Shown: one piece after another, positions 55,676 to 58,246 of the stretch
Numbering within the stretch: position 1 is the stretch's first letter
Layout of the letters: each line of letters starts with the position of its first letter
Source of the DNA: a virus
Taxonomy: Duplodnaviria; Caudoviricetes
Virus record (IMG/VR): IMGVR_UViG_3300048586_000912
Span: 1 to 58,246 of that record
DNA length: 58,246 nt
Strand: one strand, 5' to 3'
The notes under the pieces: model-generated
What the model was told of the DNA's origin: nothing
Seen by the model: only the letters and a program-made list of their open reading frames with translations
The model's database searches: none
Made by a program: the position numbers and the translations under genes

Positions 55676-55960
55676 ATGGCGCCCCGCTCCAACGCGCCGG
55701 CGCGCTTTCCCCCGGGCGGTTCCTGGCCCGCCGTGCTGCGGGCGGACATGGCTGCCGCGTATCTCGACTATCCAGACACACAGGCGCTCTCCCGCGCCGT
55801 GGTCGCAGGCGAGGCGCCGCCGCCCTCCTGCATGCGCAAGGCAGGCGCCAAGCGCGAGCCGGTCTGGGCGAAGGAGGTGCTCACGCAGTTTGTTGCGCGC
55901 GTGCACGCCGTGGCCAATGATAATGCCCCCGAAACCGAGAGCATCCGGGATCTCGTGTGA
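55676..55960 (+). CDS. Putative excisionase
   Basis: WP..LRADMAAAYLD wHTH, overlapping the int start. Confidence 0.7.
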   Translation: MAPRSNAPARFPPGGSWPAVLRADMAAAYLDYPDTQALSRAVVAGEAPPPSCMRKAGAKREPVWAKEVLTQFVARVHAVANDNAPETESIRDLV

Positions 55961-57204
55961 AGCCGCCGCGCACCACAATGCCTCTGCCCCGCTATGTGCG
56001 GCGCAAGCCCCTGCGCTCGGGCCAATGGGCCTATTTCTTCGAGGTCCCCACATGGGCGCGCAAGGCGGGCTGCCAGCTCGCCAACGAGGCGCTCGGCACC
56101 GACTATGCCGCCGCCGTGCGCCGGGCCGAGGACGTGTTGCTGCCACAGCTGGATTCCTGGCGCACCGGCGGGCTCTCGGATCTGCGGCCCATGGGCCCGA
56201 CGCTGGGCACGCTCGACTGGCTGATCGCCGAATACAAGGCGCACCGCACCTATTCCGAGCTCGGCCGGTGGACGAAGATGCGCCACGAGATCGGCTTCGA
56301 CCTGGTGGCGGGGCATGTGCTGAAGGACGGGCGCACGCTCGGCAGCGTGCCGCTCGCGGCGATCGAGACCGACATCGCCGACCGCGTCTATGACCGCCTC
56401 CTCCATGTGGAGGAAAGGGACGAGGCCACCGGCACGATTGTTCGCCGCGAGCGCCGTGCCACCGCCAACCACGCCATGAAATCCTGCCGCCGCGCATGGT
56501 TCGTGGTGGCGCGGCTGCACCCGAAGACCGTGCCGGCGCGCAACCCCTTTTCCAAGATGGGCCTCAAGGCGCAGGAGACAGCGACGCCCACCGCCACGCT
56601 GGACGAATTACGCGCCTTCGTGGCGGCCGCCGACCGCATGGGCCGGGCCTCGCTCGGCACCGCGGCCTGGATGGCCTGGGAATGGGCGCCGCGCGAGGAG
56701 GACGTGTTCGGCACCTTCGAGGCCGGGCACTACCGGCCGAAGGAACGGCCCGGTGCCGTCCGCGTCATCCACGAAAAAACGCGTGAGGAGGCGTGGATAC
56801 CGCTGTTCGACGACGACGGATCGGCGCTTTACCCCGAGCTGACGTCGCGCCTTGATGCGCTGCGCGCCGGCCGAATCGCCGGGCTCATGATCGTGCGCGA
56901 CTGGAAAGAGAAGGACCGCGAGGCGCCTGCCGCCTGGGTCACCGAAAGCGGCGACCTCACCTATATGCGTCACGAGGTGAAGCGCATCATCCGCGCCGCC
57001 GGCCTGCGCGACGAACTGAGCTTCCGCAGCTTCCGCCATGGCGGGATCACCGAGGCCGCCGACGCCGACGCCACCGACCGCGAGATCCAGGCCGTGACCC
57101 GCCACCGCTCGGCAAAGGTGCTGCCGCGCTACGCCAAGCGCACCATGACGCAGGTCTCGAACGTGGCCAGGAAGCGGCGGGCAAGCCGGGAGAAACTGGC
57201 GTGA
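55957..57204 (+). CDS. int: Tyrosine recombinase / integrase
   Basis: Catalytic R (APRE), K (HEKT), SFRH, TRH and Y (PRY). Confidence 0.9.
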   Translation: MKPPRTTMPLPRYVRRKPLRSGQWAYFFEVPTWARKAGCQLANEALGTDYAAAVRRAEDVLLPQLDSWRTGGLSDLRPMGPTLGTLDWLIAEYKAHRTYSELGRWTKMRHEIGFDLVAGHVLKDGRTLGSVPLAAIETDIADRVYDRLLHVEERDEATGTIVRRERRATANHAMKSCRRAWFVVARLHPKTVPARNPFSKMGLKAQETATPTATLDELRAFVAAADRMGRASLGTAAWMAWEWAPREEDVFGTFEAGHYRPKERPGAVRVIHEKTREEAWIPLFDDDGSALYPELTSRLDALRAGRIAGLMIVRDWKEKDREAPAAWVTESGDLTYMRHEVKRIIRAAGLRDELSFRSFRHGGITEAADADATDREIQAVTRHRSAKVLPRYAKRTMTQVSNVARKRRASREKLA

Positions 57205-57737
57205 ATAAAATCAAGTATTATCGAATCAAGAACGGTAACGGCTTTTGGGAACCGAACCGCGTCATGAAGCAGCTCGGCTTTTCGAGTGTTGCGTGCGGTC
57301 CAGATGGTCCTTCTGCACATCGCATTGCTGAGGAATGGAACATGCGATGGAAGGCTCACCGCGCCAAAACGAAGAGCGAGTCCGCCGTCATTACCAACCC
57401 TAAACACGGCTACATCTACTACCTCAAAGTTGGGGATCGCATAAAGATTGGGTGGAGTGGCGACCCCTTCACGCGAGTCGCACGTATGAAAACTGCCCTG
57501 ACCGCGCGCCCCTCCACGGTTGCGGTCGTCAGGGGCACCAAGCGTGACGAGCAGCTACTTCACCATAGGCTAAGGGCCTATCAAACGTCGGGCGAGTGGT
57601 TCGTCGCTAGCCCAGCGGTTGTGAGAAACATGCTGCGCAGCATCGCGATGGGCCGTCCCGATCATGGACAAGAGAGGGACGAACAGGTTTCTTTGTCGGA
57701 ACAGCTTGTCGGAACGGAGGCTCAATCCTGTCCGTAA
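57201..57737 (+). CDS. GIY-YIG (T5orf172/MUG113-like) protein
   Basis: GYIYY...IKIGWS...R, E..LH, GEWF. Confidence 0.8.
   Translation: MNKIKYYRIKNGNGFWEPNRVMKQLGFSSVACGPDGPSAHRIAEEWNMRWKAHRAKTKSESAVITNPKHGYIYYLKVGDRIKIGWSGDPFTRVARMKTALTARPSTVAVVRGTKRDEQLLHHRLRAYQTSGEWFVASPAVVRNMLRSIAMGRPDHGQERDEQVSLSEQLVGTEAQSCP
57693..57715 (+). repeat. Direct repeat TTGTCGGAAC x2, probable integrase arm sites
   Basis: 57693-57702 and 57706-57715, about 45 bp from the tRNA 3' end. Confidence 0.6.
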
Positions 57738-57760
57738 ATCCTTTAAGCCATTGAAACCGC

Positions 57761-57837
57761 TGGCGACCCCGGCAGGGCTCGAACCTGCGACCTAGTGCTT
57801 AGAAGGCACTTGCTCTATCCAGCTGAGCTACGGGGCC
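57761..57837 (-). tRNA. tRNA-Arg (anticodon TCT), integration target
   Basis: GGCCCCG TAGCTCAGCTGGATAGAGC A AGTGC CTTCTAA GCACT ... GGTTCGAGCC ... GCCA; 77 nt. Confidence 0.96.
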
Positions 57838-57940
57838 GGCGCGAGTGGTTTTAATCGCGCCGCGGCGCCGATGGAAGCGCCGCGAGGCCGGCCTCCCGCC
57901 CGCTCCTCGCCAGTTCGGCGGCACGGCCTCGCGAGGCGGT

Positions 57941-58246
57941 TCAGTGGGTCCACTGGCCCATGCGCTTGAAGGCGAAATTGTCGGAATAGGAAATCTTCTT
58001 GCGCTCGGCCTCATGCGGCTCGAACACGCGGAACGGGATGCCGCGCTTCTCCGCATAGGCCACGGCCTCTTCCTTGGTGGCGAAGGTCAGGCGGATCTGG
58101 CTGCGCATGTCGGCGGAAGAGGTGTAGCCCATGAGCGGCTCCACCATGCGCGCGTGCTCGGGCTCGTAGTCGAGAACCCAGTTCTTGGTCTTCGCCACGC
58201 CCGATTGCATCGCATTGCGCGACGGCTTGTAGATGCGTGCCACCAT
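57941..58246 (-). CDS. ETC complex I subunit (NDUFS4-like), host gene
   Basis: ARIYKP..NAMQSG, EPLMGYTSS.D, SYSDNF. Confidence 0.92.
   Translation of the reverse strand: MVARIYKPSRNAMQSGVAKTKNWVLDYEPEHARMVEPLMGYTSSADMRSQIRLTFATKEEAVAYAEKRGIPFRVFEPHEAERKKISYSDNFAFKRMGQWTH

Larger units (their letters stand above)
1..57760. mobile_element. Temperate prophage (lambda-like head, P2-like contractile tail) integrated at tRNA-Arg(TCT); left boundary outside the window
   Basis: Integration, immunity, replication, packaging, head, tail and lysis modules all present; integrase lies next to the tRNA 3' end. Confidence 0.96.

Overview
The window is almost entirely one apparently intact temperate prophage (~1-57760) of a high-GC alphaproteobacterium (Hyphomicrobiales-like, inferred), integrated at the 3' end of tRNA-Arg(TCT) (57761-57837). 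A host ETC-complex-I-subunit gene follows the tRNA. The left att site lies outside the window. The minus-strand arm runs from cro through cII-like, primase, GcrA-like, two DNA methyltransferases, a P4-type helicase and an iteron origin to a late regulator, a lambda-like cos/terminase/portal/ClpP/capsid module, a P2-like contractile tail, RcGTA-like head-spike genes, a lysis cassette, a phosphoesterase and a dNMP kinase. The plus-strand arm carries cI, yfdR/P/Q-like genes, a beta clamp, nucleotide-handling enzymes, ssb, a nuclease, xis/int and a GIY-YIG protein. Unexplained structure: (i) a dispersed ~42-nt element, always in the transcribed orientation, whose stem covaries and contains G-U pairs, with some copies in-frame in proteins; (ii) four hairpins sharing a 13-nt loop but mostly unrelated 16-17-bp stems; (iii) antisense genes nested inside minus-strand ORFs that keep SD/ATGA translational coupling of the lytic operon; (iv) a G9 tract frameshifting the GcrA homolog; (v) a membrane WYL-TerB gene pair between the two operator clusters. 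Family assignments come from motif recognition by eye; no searches were run.
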